Positions 13,401-28,900 of a DNA stretch of 64,000 nt are shown one piece after another. This DNA comes from Mytilus trossulus (Eukaryota), in the NCBI RefSeq assembly GCF_036588685.1, contig NC_086381.1:50902001-50966000 (forward strand), in the 5' to 3' direction. Below the pieces are notes generated by a model. That model saw only the letters and a program-made list of their open reading frames with translations, searched no databases and had not been told where the DNA came from. Position 1 is the first letter of the stretch. Every line of letters begins with the position of its first letter. A program made the translations under genes and the position numbers.

Positions 13401-16400
13401 GGCTTCTGACTTGGGACGGGCACAAACATACAGAATGTTGTGGGGTTAAATATGTTAACGGGACGGCAACCCTCCCCTAACCTGTCTTTTTCGTACAGAT
13501 GCAGTGGTGTAACAGTACAATATAAAAACGAACTATGAAAATCAGTTGAAAAAGGATTAACTCATCAAATGGATAAAAATACAAATACTACACACACAAG
13601 TGGACATGGCCAGTTACTTGTACATCCCAACAACTAAAAAGACATTAAGTACAGATCTGAGAGTACGTGCAGTTGCAGCTAGTTAAAAGCCACTAACAAC
13701 TAATAATAAAAAAATCATGCATCAAGTACACAAGTTGTTGTCCGCAAATCTTGACGCTCTTTTGCTGTACCTGCTCTATTGACTTAGTTTTATTTTGGTT
13801 AGTTGAGTCCCATACTGTACATGTTATTTCACACAAGGTCTTACCATGGACCATATGCAGCTGCTTTTAAAGGTTGCATTTACCATCTTTTGATCACCCT
13901 TTAAAATACCATATTTCCAACTATATTTGTGATTTTTTGAACATTAAATCGTCATAACAGTTTTTTGTTTGTTTCACTTTTCTCGGCTGCGTATAAACCT
14001 TTTTCACAACATACGCTCGACCTTTCAAAAATCCTAGCACGAGTGCTGAATTAGTTAAATATATGGATACGAATATAGAGATGGAAGGATGTTTATACGT
14101 TTGAATGAGAAAGATAGGTTGAAATATAAGTATAATACACTCAAAGTTTACAGGTTGCTCGCTCCATCTTTTGATCACTGCCTAAAACATAATGTATTTC
14201 TTACGACTTATGTGATTTTTTTAAACAATTTTATTGTTTGCTGCTTAAGAATAATTGTTGTGTCATTGCAACTTTGTTGCAGAAAGAAGGTAGTAACAAC
14301 ACTTACAAAGGTCAGTTATAGTGGTAGGAATATTGTCAACTTGTAATTCCTTAAATGACACTGTAAAACCTGTGTTTATTTTGATTCGTCTAAATACGAA
14401 TTCACGTGTAGTCAGAAAATAAGCATCCTTTCTGCATAGTAAAGTGTTTGTTGAATAAATGCACATTTTTACCCATATAGGTTGAAGGCATACATAAATC
14501 AACATAATAATTTTACAAAACATCATACAAAAAAAAAACAACATCAGAACAAAACATTATATACATGATAAAGAACCTTGCATCAACTATTAGAGAAGTC
14601 TGTAGATGGCTAGTTGAAAGATCCAAATGTTGTCCTGATCTTCATACTTTTTTCCAATGACAACACAATGAGTATTCAAAATCTTCACCCTGGCCAACCA
14701 ACAAAGAAGAATCTACCTGGTAGTTTTAATTGGTGGTTTCGTGGTAGGTTGATATGAGTGTAGGAGGTTTTGATTTTGATCGTATGAAAATAGGTATTTA
14801 CTGCTGCTTTGTTAGGTATGCATCATTCAGGAGTAAGACCATAAGAAAAGTCGTCAAAGAGTCGGAGAGTCAGAAGTATGCACAAAGACACTGTATGTTT
14901 ATCGTTAAATAATGTATTTTAACCTTTAGATGAACTTTGGTCTGCTTGTCTTATTAGGTCTTGCTGACTTTACGTTCATATACTCAACATGTACTGTAGC
15001 TACATGTAGTATCAATTTTATTCATTATTTCTTTACTTCATTTTTCAGTTTCTTACTATCACTTATAACATTACAAATGCAACGAAAATAGAGGAATGGA
15101 CCTTAATTAACAGAAACAAAAGATCTGCAAAATGTTTAAAAGAATACATTATCATTCATCTTATTGCTTTGAATGTTGCTACCTTTGTTTTATAAGCTTC
15201 CTCCATCAATAAAACTGACCGCCACGAAATAGAACAATGGTGGTCAAGTTGAAAGTGGCTTTAAACATGAATCAGTCAATCAAATTCATTAGAAAAATTA
15301 GTTCCAGCACTTCGGACTGATATTTTCTCGACGTGGATTCGTAGATCCTTAATAAGTAATATTCATAAGAAAAATCAGTCTTGACAGTTGTAGGAATTAT
15401 GATATATATGTCTAAAATATTTTTTTTTTTTTTATATCAAATTTTTTTTTTTATATCAAATTTTATAATTTTTGATGGGAGGAAAACTTTCCTTCTTGCT
15501 TGAGCCTGTTTTTCAAAAATTGATACTTCTAAATTGTAATAAATATAATACTTATTTGACCTATTTTGACCTATAGTTGTATCTCTTTACTTATTCAAAA
15601 ACACGGGTCCCTGCCGAAAAAGAAGAACATAATTCCTAGAAATCCAAAGCCTAATTACATTGTATATCTCAAAATAATATGCTTTTCCAAAATGTATTAA
15701 CAACTTATTTATAGTATTTAAAAAATGGCTGGTGTAAATATTCTAGTATAGTTTTTTAAAAGGAAATCAAATAATAATACTAAAAAAGAAACATGACATA
15801 GCAAGGGGACATTCAAAACTATAGATAGATGACATCACGGTGGGTAGAAAGAAAGACAAAAAGACAAATGAACAGTTAATAAAACACGTTTAATAATAAA
15901 ACAAACCAAAAAAAAAAAATGCAATAATATTGACTACCTTGAGCGGCTTAATAAGCTTATGTACCCTGTGAACAAAATCTCAAGGCAGAATTGTGGCATG
16001 GGTTCTCCTGCCATATATGATTGTAAAATAGCAGAACACATTCGGCAATTTGCATTTGCGCTGATTTTTTTTTTTAATTTGCGCCGATTTTTTTCTATTC
16101 TCTGTGGAAAAGCATCCATAATTGCGTTATGCATTTCTTGTTCAAAGTGAATATGCATATAACCTCGGCCACAAAGGAAAGATGTTTTTGACGGAAGAGA
16201 TCGCAAATTATTTGCATATCACTTCATAATACTGTTCATCTTTCGCTGGTAATAAAATGGCGTAAATATGAGGTACGCAGTTTCCATTTTTACATCTGTG
16301 TAAAGTATATAACTGATAAAAGTATGTCGGACAGCACTTCAACGGTCCATCTATAAAAATTGCAGACATATCATTACAAATACATTTAAGTTGAGGTGTG

Positions 16401-17430
16401 TAGAAAAAATGAGTATACCTTTACGCGATCGTTTCCCTTGACCTTAAGATGTGTATGGCCAGTATTTAGCTCACCTATATTAACTGTAAATGCAATTAGG
16501 AGCAATTATAAAATCGGCGCAAATGAAAAAATAAAATCAGCGCAAAAAAAAAAAAAATCTTAATTCGGCGCAAATGTCATACGCTCAACACAATATGTCT
16601 ACAATTTCATTTAGGTCAGCAAATTTCGATGAAAGAATCAAACTTTCTAAAGGAAACTTTCAATTAAAAGTGAACAGATCTATGTGATATTTTATTATTG
16701 TCACTCATCTTTTTACCAAAGCAGAAAATGTTTTTTCGATTTAAATTGTTTTGAACTTCAGGGAACTCGGAAAAGTAAAATTCATAAAGGAATCTTCAGA
16801 ATATTGATTTATTTTATGCTATAGCAGGGAAACAAACGTACAGTGACTTCTCATTTTTCTTTTGATATTCCGAAAGCATTTTATTAGAGCTATCATCTCA
16901 TATTTTATTTCAAAATTCAATCATTTATTTTATCTTCTATTTACATTATCATGTCTTTTCTCTGATTAATCCGTGTTAAGTGCGTTATTTTTTTTTCACA
17001 AATTTAGCTGGAAAACAAGCTCAGTTACCTATCATCTTTATTATATTTTTTTAAATCTTTAAAAATATATATATCATTTTGGCAAATTTGTGAAAAAAAT
17101 TGATCATTTTGTGTACTGGTGATTAGGACACCCCAGTATAACAAAATTGCTATTCGGGCTTGACAGGATATATGGGCTCATATTCCCTGTGACGATTCCT
17201 AATTAACATATACTATTTTAATTTTCGGAAAATACTGATCGAACGTGAGTTTTCTGAAACCGTTGTTAATAATCACATGATAAATTCAAAACATATCGTG
17301 AGGAAAATTAATTTCGTTTTTGATGCGTTTTGTTTTTTGATTTTGCCATGTGATTATGGACTTTCCTAATTGATTTTCCTCTGAGTTCAGTATTTTTGTG
17401 ATTTTACTTTTTACATTTTTTAAAATTGAA

Positions 17431-17654
17431 AAAAATCCCCTTTTGCTTTTTTCATCATGTTTGTTTTTTAACTTAAGAAAGGCACGTTGTATTTTCCTGA
17501 CTATAAGTTGCTTTATTCAAGTGGCCATCATAGTCAATGCGTCTTCCTGGTCAAAAGATCTACTCATCCAGGAAGTTTCAATACTATAAAGGACAGGGCC
17601 ACCAGTATAAACTCACACTATTAGTGGATTGTAATTTGAAGAGAAATTAAAAAA
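17431..17654 (+). promoter_or_regulatory. Promoter and non-coding exon 1 of precursor copy 2
   Basis: AAAAATCCCC at 17431-17440, CAGGAAGT at about 17569, TATAAA at 17585-17590 and donor gtaagt at 17655. Confidence 0.65.
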
Positions 17655-18595
17655 GTAAGTATTTGTTTTTCTTTTTCTTTCTGTGATTTAAATCTACCAA
17701 TCAGTAATATAATAAAATAAAAAAGAAGTTTTAAAGTTCTTGATAAATGTTGTTGCCTTGCTAAATACACTGACGCTAAAAATCCATAGTTTGTTAAAGA
17801 AACGTTTTCGCATAAGAGATTGCATCAACTTTTAATTCAATATTCTATTTAAGTCTCGTCTCTCAATAACATATAATACAAAATTACATTAATAAAATTC
17901 AGAATGAAAATAAAGATATATAAAGACTTCAACCGACTCAATAAAAAAAAATGATTCACATTTAATTAATTGGGATTATCTCGGAAATTGTATACTTTTT
18001 CAATACTGATATGCAGTACAACGGGTAATTTATGGATACAAAATTTCATCAGAACACAAAAATATCGCACATAACATACAATTCGCCTTTATTAGATGGA
18101 AAATGATATCAAAACATAAGGAAATATAACTATAAGCGTCAAATACATAAAGGAAAAATAAAAATCACAAAAAAATGAACTCCGCAGGAAAAATTCAAAA
18201 TGGAAAGTACTTAATCAAATGGCAAAATCAAAAGATAAAACACATCAAACGAATGGATAACAACTGTCATATTCCTGACTTGGTACTGGCATTTTCATAT
18301 ATTGAAAATGGTGGATTGAACTTGGTTTTATACACATCTTTTTTTTTTAAATGTAAAAAAAAAAACCCAGATAAAAGTGGGTGGATTGAATGAATTCTTT
18401 ATTTGCAGGAAGCATATACATGCTATGGCAAACGAAAAAATATATACAATACATGACAAACAAACGACAGTAGTTACAGAGTATATAGTAATATTAAGAC
18501 AATATATTACGTGATCTTATTTTCCAAACTGCAATTAAATAATTGCTTAGTTTGTTACTGTAGATTTTTTTTAAATTACATTTATACACCTATAG

Positions 18596-20992
18596 ATGAT
18601 GTTGAACCTGATCCGTACCATTGCCGTTTGTTTGATGATGCTTCACGTTAGCGAAGGATGTTTTAGACATGACATTAATGATCGAAAATCAGTCCGTGGC
18701 ACACTAGAACCTCTCGGTGGAAGCAATTATAAAGTTGGTTTGGGATGGAATATGGATTTCAAACGACATGCACATGTAAGATTAAGGGAAGATATTTACC
18801 CCGCCCCCTGAACAATAAACAGCAAGCCTTGCTGTAAATCGCCAAGAGTCTGTATAAATTATGAATAGACTTATTTAAAAGAGCTTACGAACAATCTGTC
18901 AATTTGACAACTACTAGATCTTAACTCGGAATACCCCAACAATCAACATTACTTTATTATCGTACTGGTCGCAATTTTGGCGTTTGCTTTATTTTCGCAT
19001 GTTTAATTTTGACATTTTCATTGGGGGCACCAATTGCAAATGAACCAAACTAAAACTACAATAAAAAAACCCCAATTTACGGTAACTGCATGCAAGTTAT
19101 ATTTTCATGAACAGAATGTACTCACAGAACACACAACACACTGCAAATACACAAACGAAACCAAACAGGCTTCATAAAATTAAACGAAAAGCATACATAA
19201 CTCCCTAATATAACACCTTTCACCCTTAAAACGCCATATTTAAGTCAACAGAAGACCTTCAACAGTTATCAAGCGTGCGTGATGATCTGGTATGAACACT
19301 TGTTAATTTATTTTAGTAATAATGTATTGTCCTCAAAATTTTTAATAGTGATTCCTCTTTGAACACAGTCTAGTTGTTATCTTCCTCATGTTGATGACTT
19401 TGTTACCATTTTCCTGTTGTTAAAAAGAGTGTGAAAGAGTATACCTTTTCATCTTTTCCGGTAATATTTCAGAAGTTATATATATGTTATTATGTCTTTT
19501 TGAAATCGCCTTTAAAATATTGTCCCTATTGGTTAGTGGATTGGGATACCGGCCGATGAAATATTATAAAAACATAAAATTTTGAAAAATCTAGAAGTAA
19601 GAAAAAAAACTGTTAACACAAAATGGCTTTGAAATTATATAGTAGTACGCACATTATTCCTCTCTATTTATTTTAATTTCTTTACGTGCTTTTTAGAAAT
19701 AAACAAATTAACTATCAAAATATGTAAAATATTACAAATCTTTCAATTAATTTAGGACCACCAGATGTTCAATGTAGATATAGATTATAAAGGTATTTCT
19801 GGACGCGACACGCCACTTGACCCATGTGTATTCAATCCGTATGACTTGGATGTCAAAGGTTATATTACGAAAGGGGACTTGGAGAAGATATTCGTTTATT
19901 TCGGTGATGAAGTCAACACACCTGAAATTCTTCACACATTTTTTACAGAACTGGACATAGATGAAGGTTTGTTATAGGGTTGTCTTTCGGTTGTTGAGCA
20001 ATCGGATAATTATTTACGAACTTCAAAAAAAAAGTAAAATCACAAAAATACTGAACTTAGAAAAAAATCAATTCGGAAAGTCCATAACCACACGGCAAAA
20101 TCAAATAACAAAACCAGCGGTTAAATTGTCCTCCTCTTCGCTATATTGAGTAATTCAAGATTAGCATAGCAATATCACCGTTGCTTCGGAGTTTTAATCA
20201 TTCCAAGGTGTTCATACAAGCTAAAGGCTTTTCAAACCCTGAACATGCATCGAGTCCGAATTCTGACCAAACGTTACTATGTATTTAAACATTAAGCACA
20301 GACAAAAATGCCGATACCTTAATTAGGTTTTGATTGAATAAGTTCAAGAATAAATATTTCTGAATTCCTGTCAACTCTGGATGTTTTTTGTTTTTTGACA
20401 GATAATCGGAATCCTCTAGTTTAATCCATATAAATAAATGTCAATACAAATTCCGCCCGCTAACCTACTTTTCTTTTTAATTATATTATACATATAGTTT
20501 AAAAAGCATTTTTTTCAAAATTTTATAAAATTCTTGTTATTTTTCGTAATTGTTGAAAAAAAAATGTGCCAATGTTAAATATATGAAAAATCTAGAGAAA
20601 ATCATTCCCCAACAAATTTCCCGCCAAATTTTCAATTGATTTTATCTCAAAACCAAATACACTGATCTTTCATGTTTTTTTTGCTCTCAATTTGATATAG
20701 TCTTTTAAATTCAAAGATTGTTATTTTGAAACTGGAAATATCTTTCGTAAGTAATTTTGTCCGTATTGGTCATAACATTTTATTCGAAAAGAGCATAAAA
20801 AATCACTATTTTTGTTCTAAAAACAATTTTTCCTTAAACTTTTGTTAATTTTTGTACATACTTGTAGACAAAATGGTAACACAAGAGGAATTCGACCTGA
20901 AGAAGAAAGATGTCATCACCAAAGAAAGCTGCAGTATAATAAAGGACAAAGATGCAATGGTTGCTGAACAGAACATGACATTGTTGAAATGA
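18596..20992 (+). CDS. Secreted peptide precursor, copy 2 (tandem duplicate of copy 1), 171 aa
   Basis: Exons 18596-18775, 19756-19966 and 20868-20992 have the same lengths, phases and GT-AG sites as copy 1. ORF intact; 9 amino-acid differences from copy 1. Confidence 0.88.
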
Positions 20993-22029
20993 TTTTAACT
21001 GTTTATACTTATGTCAATATTTTGCCCTCTTTCCCAGATCTTATATCTAATGCAAACTGCTCTCACAAACAACGCACTGAATTCCAAATGGTTCCAACAG
21101 TCAAATGAACGCTTCGATTATAGTTGCCTTGCCTGCCTTGCATTTCACTTTACTTATTTATTTTTTTATGTTTTTTTTTCTTCTTTCGGCAATTTATATT
21201 TTCATCAAACTTATATTGTATTGTCTTTTCTCATTATATTCTACTTAACAGACCATGCCTCAAATAATATAAAGCATTTCTTACACCTTTATGTCATTAT
21301 TTTTTTATAGACCAATTCAAATATTAAACTTTCATTGAAATTATCATTGTTTCTTTTTATGAATCTGCAAAACAAGTTTTTTTTAGTGCAAATTAGAATG
21401 TTGACCTGTAAGTAAATACAACATACGAAACATGTACGTGAATGTAATTTTTGGAAAAGGTAATTTTTTGGTAACATATGAGGTTTTTAGAGAAAAAATA
21501 CGAAAAACGGGAAATGAAGAAAAACATGATTTATAGTTACATCTTAAGAATATAAACTGGATGAAGACATAACAATTACCTTGTGTATATATTGTGTGTC
21601 CGCTCGTAATTAGTGTGACCATTAAGATAATTTTGGAGTGATATATGTGTGTTAACCTGTTTAAAAACTGTTACCCAATTATGCATCAGTCAACATATCA
21701 AAATTGAACTAACACTCGTAGCTTTTTTAAACTTTAAACTTTTCGTAAACTCCGTAGAGTTTAAATTCTGAAAAATTGTAAAACGATGAATAGTCCGAGA
21801 TTACTCTGACGTCCGACGGCTGTTTTGCCAGACACGATGGGGCCGTGGTACGTTAGAGCTCGTCCCATATCAAAAAAACAATTTGATTATATTGACATGA
21901 TTCATTTAACATCGTGCTATTACCGAAGAAGGGTATCTGTTACCCGAAATATCTAATATTTGTTCATTTTATAGTTATTAGATGGTGATGTTGTACCCTC
22001 TTTGACTTGTTATATATATACAACATATA

Positions 22030-22190
22030 CAAGTCGTCTAAACATCAACCAAACAATGTTAGATCTGTAAATTTGCTTTATCAATTTTTTTGTTTTTCCC
22101 TCGCGAGGTATCGAACCCATGCTACTGAGATATCGTGACACCTAATCGCCTGCATTGTATCCGATGCGCTTGACCACACGACCACCTTGG
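22030..22190 (-). mobile_element. tRNA-derived SINE-like element
   Basis: Minus strand has A-box-like GGTGGTCGTGTGGTC and B-box GGTTCGATACC, with an over-long middle region that does not fit a cloverleaf. Confidence 0.55.
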
Positions 22191-22913
22191 CTTCAGGAAT
22201 TTAAATATTCCACGAATTACAAATTTATAATGGCTTCTCTGCAGTCTTTTTGGAAAAAACACAAAATCAAATATCGACGAAAATACGATATTTCTTCAAA
22301 CTACGACAAATTGGTACTCACGAAAATAAATGTATCCACATTTGTATGTTTGCTGAAGAAGAAAAGAAAAACATAAAAAAAACTGAACTCCGAGGAAAAT
22401 TCAGACCAGACAAAAAAACTAATCAAATGGCAAAAACAAAGGCTCAAACACATCAAACGAATAGACACTAACAGTCATATTTTATAATGTAGAAAATGGT
22501 GTAATAAACCTGGGTTTATAGCTTGCTTAACCTCTCACTTGTATAAAGTTCGTATAAAATTCCATTATATTGACAACGATAATTGAACAAAACAAACAGA
22601 CGTAATAGGTATAAATGTCAAGCAAAGAGGTACATCACTCAACCTTAATCTGAAGTATATAAATGTAAATTTGACAAGTAAAACACGTCTACAATATTTT
22701 CCGGATTTAAACACCAAAATAATAAAAAAAAAAAAAGCACAAAAATACTGAACTCCGAGGAAAATTCAAAACGGAAAGCCCCTAATCAAATGTCAAGACT
22801 AAAAGCTCATACACATCAAACGAAAGGATAACAAATGTCATATTCCTGCATTGGTACAGAATAAACTCTTTTAGAAACTATAAGAAAACGTTTGTATGAT
22901 TTAATTAGCCAGA

Positions 22914-25900
22914 TTAATCATAAAGTGCATACACTTTGACCTCAGCCACATGTAAGAATTCTGTTCCTCGTATTGTCAATTTCACATAACGTGCCTTTTC
23001 TTCATACTGACATCCAAACACAAGATGTTCTCCGAGTTCAGCCGGTCCTGTGTAGTGGGTACATAGATGCAGGTTATTTAGTGAAGTACCAGCCATAATG
23101 TCAAGGTCATGCAGACGTCGTCCTGAAACAAAATAAAAGTTAATCTATTTTCCTGTTCGTAGATTGCAGTTTATTTATGTGTTCAGTTTTCGTATAAGCT
23201 ACAAGTACTCGGTCATTTGTAGTATTTGTATTTTTATCCATCTGATGAGTTAAGCCTTTTTTGAACTGATTTTTATAGTTTGTTCTCATGTTGTACTGTG
23301 ACACTACTGTACCAGGTTAGGTTAGGGTTTGGATCCCGCTAAAATGTTTAACCTCGTCTCATTCTCTATGTATGTGCCTTTCCCAAGTCAGGAGCCTGTA
23401 CTTCATGGGTTGTCGTTTGTGTTTAAGTTACGTATTTGTTCATAAATGGGGCCGTTAGATTTCTCGTTTAAATTGTTTCAATTGTCATTTCGGGGCTTTT
23501 TATAGCTGACTATACGGTATTGGCTGTGGTCATTGTTGAAGGCCTTACGGTGACCTATAGTTTTTAATTTCTGTTTTATTTTGGTCTCTTGTTGAGAGTT
23601 GACTCATTGGTATCCATACCACATCTTCTTTTTTCCTATTCCTTGTTTTTCATGTTAATGCATTGCCGTGTGCATTCAATTACTGATTTGAATTCTCCTC
23701 CTAATCTTGAATACGTTAGAGTAAACTATTTCGAAATGAGACTTATATAGCTAGAATGCTTTCGAACAATTCTCTGTAACCACCAACTAATTACTAAGTT
23801 GGGTCGGCACGCATAATCACCGATTTTCAAGAAACTAAGCCAACACATGTAATCATGTTAAAAAGTAAGAAAAATGCCGACAAAATTGTTTATAGGTAAC
23901 GGTTGCCGATTAAATTAGTTTTCCCGTACATTTTGAGGAATTTAGCTTCGAAAAAACAACTACTTTCAGTCATTTAAAATCAAAAGCAGGTCTAATTTAA
24001 TATATTTTCAAAAACATTAAACTTTAACAATCAAAACAGCATTCATTTCTAATAAATTTAGCTGAATATGGTCACACCCACAGAAGCAGAGGTCATTTTT
24101 CATTGTATTTGAGTAGACATATTCACCTACATTTAATTAAGCTGTGTTTATGAATAAAAAGTATCAATCTTTATAGTAAGAAAATTATAACAAAATATTT
24201 GGGATATTAGGTCTTAGGATGGTTGCGAGTGAAACAAAAATGCGTTTTTACCTGATGAAATTTCACCATGTTATTAAGATAATCCACATAAAGTAATAAC
24301 TATTGAATGACTATGATGTGCCAACCAACATGACCGCCACGGCTAAACATAGGGGTAAAATGCAGTTTTTGGTTAACTTTTCTGAAAGTGAAGCATTTAG
24401 AGAAAATCTGACTCTGGCTTAAAAAGGTTTAGCAGGTTGGGATCTATCTACACTTAAATTTTCAGTTGAATCAGATAACCCTTTGCTGGGATGCTGCCTC
24501 AGAACTAGTAATATAAAGGTAATTTTGGAATATTTGAATATTATTATAGATAAAGATGAACTGTAAACAGCAATGAGTTTCAGCAAAGTAATATCTATAA
24601 ATAAGTGAATAGGACCAAAATTGTTAATTGACCCCTTTAGGAGTTATTGGCCTTTAAAGGAAATGTTTAACAATTTTTCGGAAATTTTGGTTATCTGTTA
24701 AAGCAAATCTTCTCTCCTGAAACTACTGAGACAAATTTATCCAGACATGGCCACAACAATCATTAGGGTATTTAGATTAACAAATGTGTCGGATGATCTT
24801 GCCTGCCAACCAACATGTCTAACATGGCCAGAAACATATACACTAAAAAGGTCAAGGTCATGCAAAATAAAAAACGATCTGCATAACATTCAGAGAATTC
24901 TTTTTTGTTTAGAACGTAAAAAGCATGCCAAAAAATTAACAACTCAAATTACGGAAATTTACCATAAAATATAGGTAATCGACCTTAGACGTAAACTAAG
25001 CATAGATACCAGTTTTAACATTTTGTAAGCTAATCGTGCGTTTCTTCCACAAAATACTGACCAATGACGCTCGAATAAAAACATCAAATAGATGACCTAA
25101 TACGAAAAGTAAAATCACAAAAATACTGAACTCCGAGGAAAATGCAAACGGAAAGTCCCTAATCAAATGGCAAATTCAAATGAAAAAAATCCACATCAAT
25201 CGAATGGACAAAAACTGTCATATTCCTAACTAAGTTAAAAACCATTGAGTATATAACATTCCGAAAGATTTTGTCAAATAGACCGTGGTTGGTCTTCAGC
25301 CTTTTCGGGTTGTTGGCGACTGCGTTTTTGCGTTTTTGCGTTTTCGATTTTGTTATTTGACCAGGTTCTTATTAACATAAACATGTTCTATTTGTTGCAA
25401 GTTTGCCTATGTATTAGGAAAGTATAATACATATATATATTTCCTTAAACTTTCTTCCATAATTGTTCAATAATGAAATAATATAAGAAAGAACTAACGG
25501 AAACTTCTAAAATGTCGTTATAGGTTCAATCTTGAAACAAATACATGTTATAAAATAATCATGTGGATATGACAATACTGCAACAATTCCTATATTCTTA
25601 TTACGTTCTTCCTATAGAACAAGAAACGCAAATACGCGAAGAAGTGAAATCACGAAAAGGCGAAATCGTGAAAAGGGGAATAGCCAAAATCACGAAAACA
25701 CGAAAGGGCGAAAACACAAAATCGGAGAGAAAAATATTTCGAGTTTTAGCGATATAGGATATGAAGGGTGAAAATGTGAAAAAAAAGAAATGGCCATTAC
25801 CGGCCACCAAAGACATATGACCGATGTATGCCATCATGTTATTAGCTCTACCCACCTGTGTCTCTAGAGCCACGATTTCTGTTGAATATTTCGATCCGCT

Positions 25901-28900
25901 TTACTTGGAAAAATTTTCCAAGGTCAACAAACCAGTATGGTAAATGATTTTTGTCAGTGTGCGCATATGTATTCAAATCTCCATCAACAGCCTTCGAAGC
26001 ATATTCTACCCCAGCGGTTGAACTTTGTTTGCATGACTTTCCGTAGGCAACTTCCGTCAATGGGCTTTCTTTTATGTTGGAAATAAAGAAAAGGATAAAA
26101 AAGATAAAAACCTTTATCAAATTAAAAGTGGTAACAAAATATTACCTTCTGCTTAAAGATAAGATATATGAAAAAAGTAATCTTTATACACATATTTCAC
26201 TGGGTGTGTCCACATGAAATGACAAATTTATCATGAAAAAAAAGAGAACTAATTTTATTTTCAGTTGAAATGTGGGTTTGAATTTTAATGATCATCATAT
26301 AATATAATTAGGCAAACAGTACGCAAACGATTAATAATTTGAAAAACATTTTACAAAATTTTACCCTCCATCCCTTTGAGGTGTAAATCTACTTAATCAT
26401 ACTACGTCACATCCGGTCAAAAAAAATTCTAAGAGGTGTAGGAAATTAATTTTTCCTTTCATTGAAATAACTAATATCTGATTAATAAAACATATATCTT
26501 TGGTGTTTAAATCACCATTTTTTTATTTGGCGTTTCTTGGCAGAACACTCATTGAGAGCTTCAATGGTACAATGGAATCCGTATATAATTAAACTTTACT
26601 CATGCCAAGTATTTATTTATTTGAAAGAAAAGAAAATTCTACACAACTGTTTGAAAAGTGCAAATGTAACAAAGAAAAGTTATTCCTTTGAAATAGTACT
26701 TTGAAATGGTGGGCTTGACTTTCAGTCTTTTTGTTAATACACAAAATAGATCCAGGATGGCGTTTACAAAATAGACGATAATAGCAAAGAAAGATAATGA
26801 TTAGAGAAAAAAAGAACGAAGGACCTCTGATCCATACCTTCATAAAACATTTGTTATATACTTACGCTGGCTCTTTTCAATAGTCTGTACATATACAGGG
26901 ATGCAGGTGTAAGTTAGTGACAGCGGGAAACACACTTCATTAGGCTTACATCCATGACCTTTACATGGACCAGCCAATTCCTAAAATCATCAACAAACAC
27001 GACTTTGATATTTCACATAGGTGTGTACAAAAGAAATTAATGGGCTAAACATTCAGGAAAAAACGAATAAAAGGATATAAAAAATTAGACCAAAATTAAC
27101 AGAAAAGAAATTTATAATGGAAAAAAAGAAAGATAGATTAAAATTTCATAAGATATTTTCTTAAATAATGAAATGAATTACCTCTATTCAGACCCTTTAA
27201 ATTCTACTTCTTTTCCTAAGACTTTCGATATTATCATCTCTAGTGATTACGATTGCTCATATTTTTCTGAGTGATGGCAAAAATTATGTAACTTCAATTT
27301 TCTTTTCATAGAACATAAGTTGTTTTTAAATCAAAAATATTTGAAAAGAAGAGAAAATTGAGGTCATCATGTAATCTATAATTTAATAGAAATCTGAAGT
27401 TTCGAATATATGATCATATATTTAGGTACTTCTGTTCTGTAACTTCTTACTACCACATGTACTAATGAGAAGCTCATCCAAATAATTACTCTATTTTTCC
27501 TCAATGCATAAAGTTTATATGCTTATGAATACTTATATATTATTGACTTTCGATTTTTTTTCGAGTTTTGATCGTTAAATAAAAAATCCTTTGAACGCAG
27601 CAAACTCATAAAGTGTTATTTTTTTAATCACAGTTATTATACTGTATGTGGTTATTCGAATTCGTCTAAACAAACAGTTAGGTGTGTTTAGCATTTAAAA
27701 CGACTTTAGATGATAGCACACAAAAGATTCAACAACAAATATTGTGAAAAAAAATAGTACCGTTAATGCTCTTACTCTCACTGGGTCGATACCTCTGCAG
27801 TTGGCCTGTTGGTCCCGAGGGTATCGTTAGTCAAGTGGCATTAAATAAATAGGCATTACGCACCATGTTGTTAACGTATTCTGATTTCATAAAAAATCGG
27901 CTTTTGAAGGTTTTAATAAGAAAAATACAGGAAATTGTACCTGAAGTGTTTTTTTTTTTAAAATCTAAAAACAACGAAGAAAATGATGGCTTATTGATTT
28001 TTATTGATTTTATAAAGTTTTTTCAATCAGTTTTAGCAATACCAAAAAATCTAATATTTTTTGTGTATACGGTTAACATACAAACATACCAGTTCTTCGA
28101 GTATTCCCTTTATTTTCGGATACTTACAAGGACATTACACATGACAACACTATATCATTAGAGAAAGAAACCCAATGTGACCAAATGTTCCAGCTGGACC
28201 GTTTTCAGAGGTTACATCGCCCGCCATTTTTTCGTTGGGCGCCCTGTGCCCTTTGAAAGTTTCAGTTACACCCTTTGCCTTTGTTAAGGAGCCTTGCGTT
28301 TTTAAAGATCGACTGTATTTTATTTTGTTCGTTTTAAATGATCCGCCATTACGAGATTTTACATAGCGACAAGTTTATGACTCTGTTAACGACCACATGC
28401 TAATCAATTGTTACACCAGGTGTCAAAATTTGTTGTTTCAGATAATCCGTTGATCGGATTGGTCATTATTGATCATCTATGTCTACATACGGTTGGCTTT
28501 ATAATTTATAATTTTAGTTTTTTTGAGTTGTGGGGAAAGTTGTAGAGGGTATACGTACACGAAGCAGGATGGATACTTGGTCATCTGTTTCTGCACTCGT
28601 AATTTTTACTTCAAATCCACTGTTCACTTAATTCTAACATTGTGCATTTATTGAGCACAGCAGAGGTAGAAAGGATTTTTTCACAAGTAAAAGCACCCTT
28701 CGAAACATACTGCATATAAAGCTCTATTCTGATAAGCAAGAAAACTTGTGTGAGAAGGTGCTAGATAAGTTTTTCATTATAAAAAAGATTGAGTTTGATT
28801 TTTTTTTTGTGAATTTTTTATTCAGTAATTAGGTTTTTACAATCCCTGTACATCCCCGCCGGACTATGGTGTTAAGGGTTTTGATATATGAATAAAAAAA

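Larger units (their letters stand above)
13780..21725 (+). repeat. Segmental tandem duplication, unit 2 (contains precursor copy 2)
   Basis: Collinear with 3570-10945 across upstream DNA, introns and 3' UTR; offset ~10.2-10.8 kb. Confidence 0.85.

Noticed and set aside
22098-22190. Possible tRNA gene
   Set aside because: A and B boxes are present, but the spacing and stems do not fit a cloverleaf; treated as a SINE head.
23242-23300. CTGATGAG motif as another hammerhead (inverted copy near 13560)
   Set aside because: No GAAA after a stem II and no cleavage-site helix visible.
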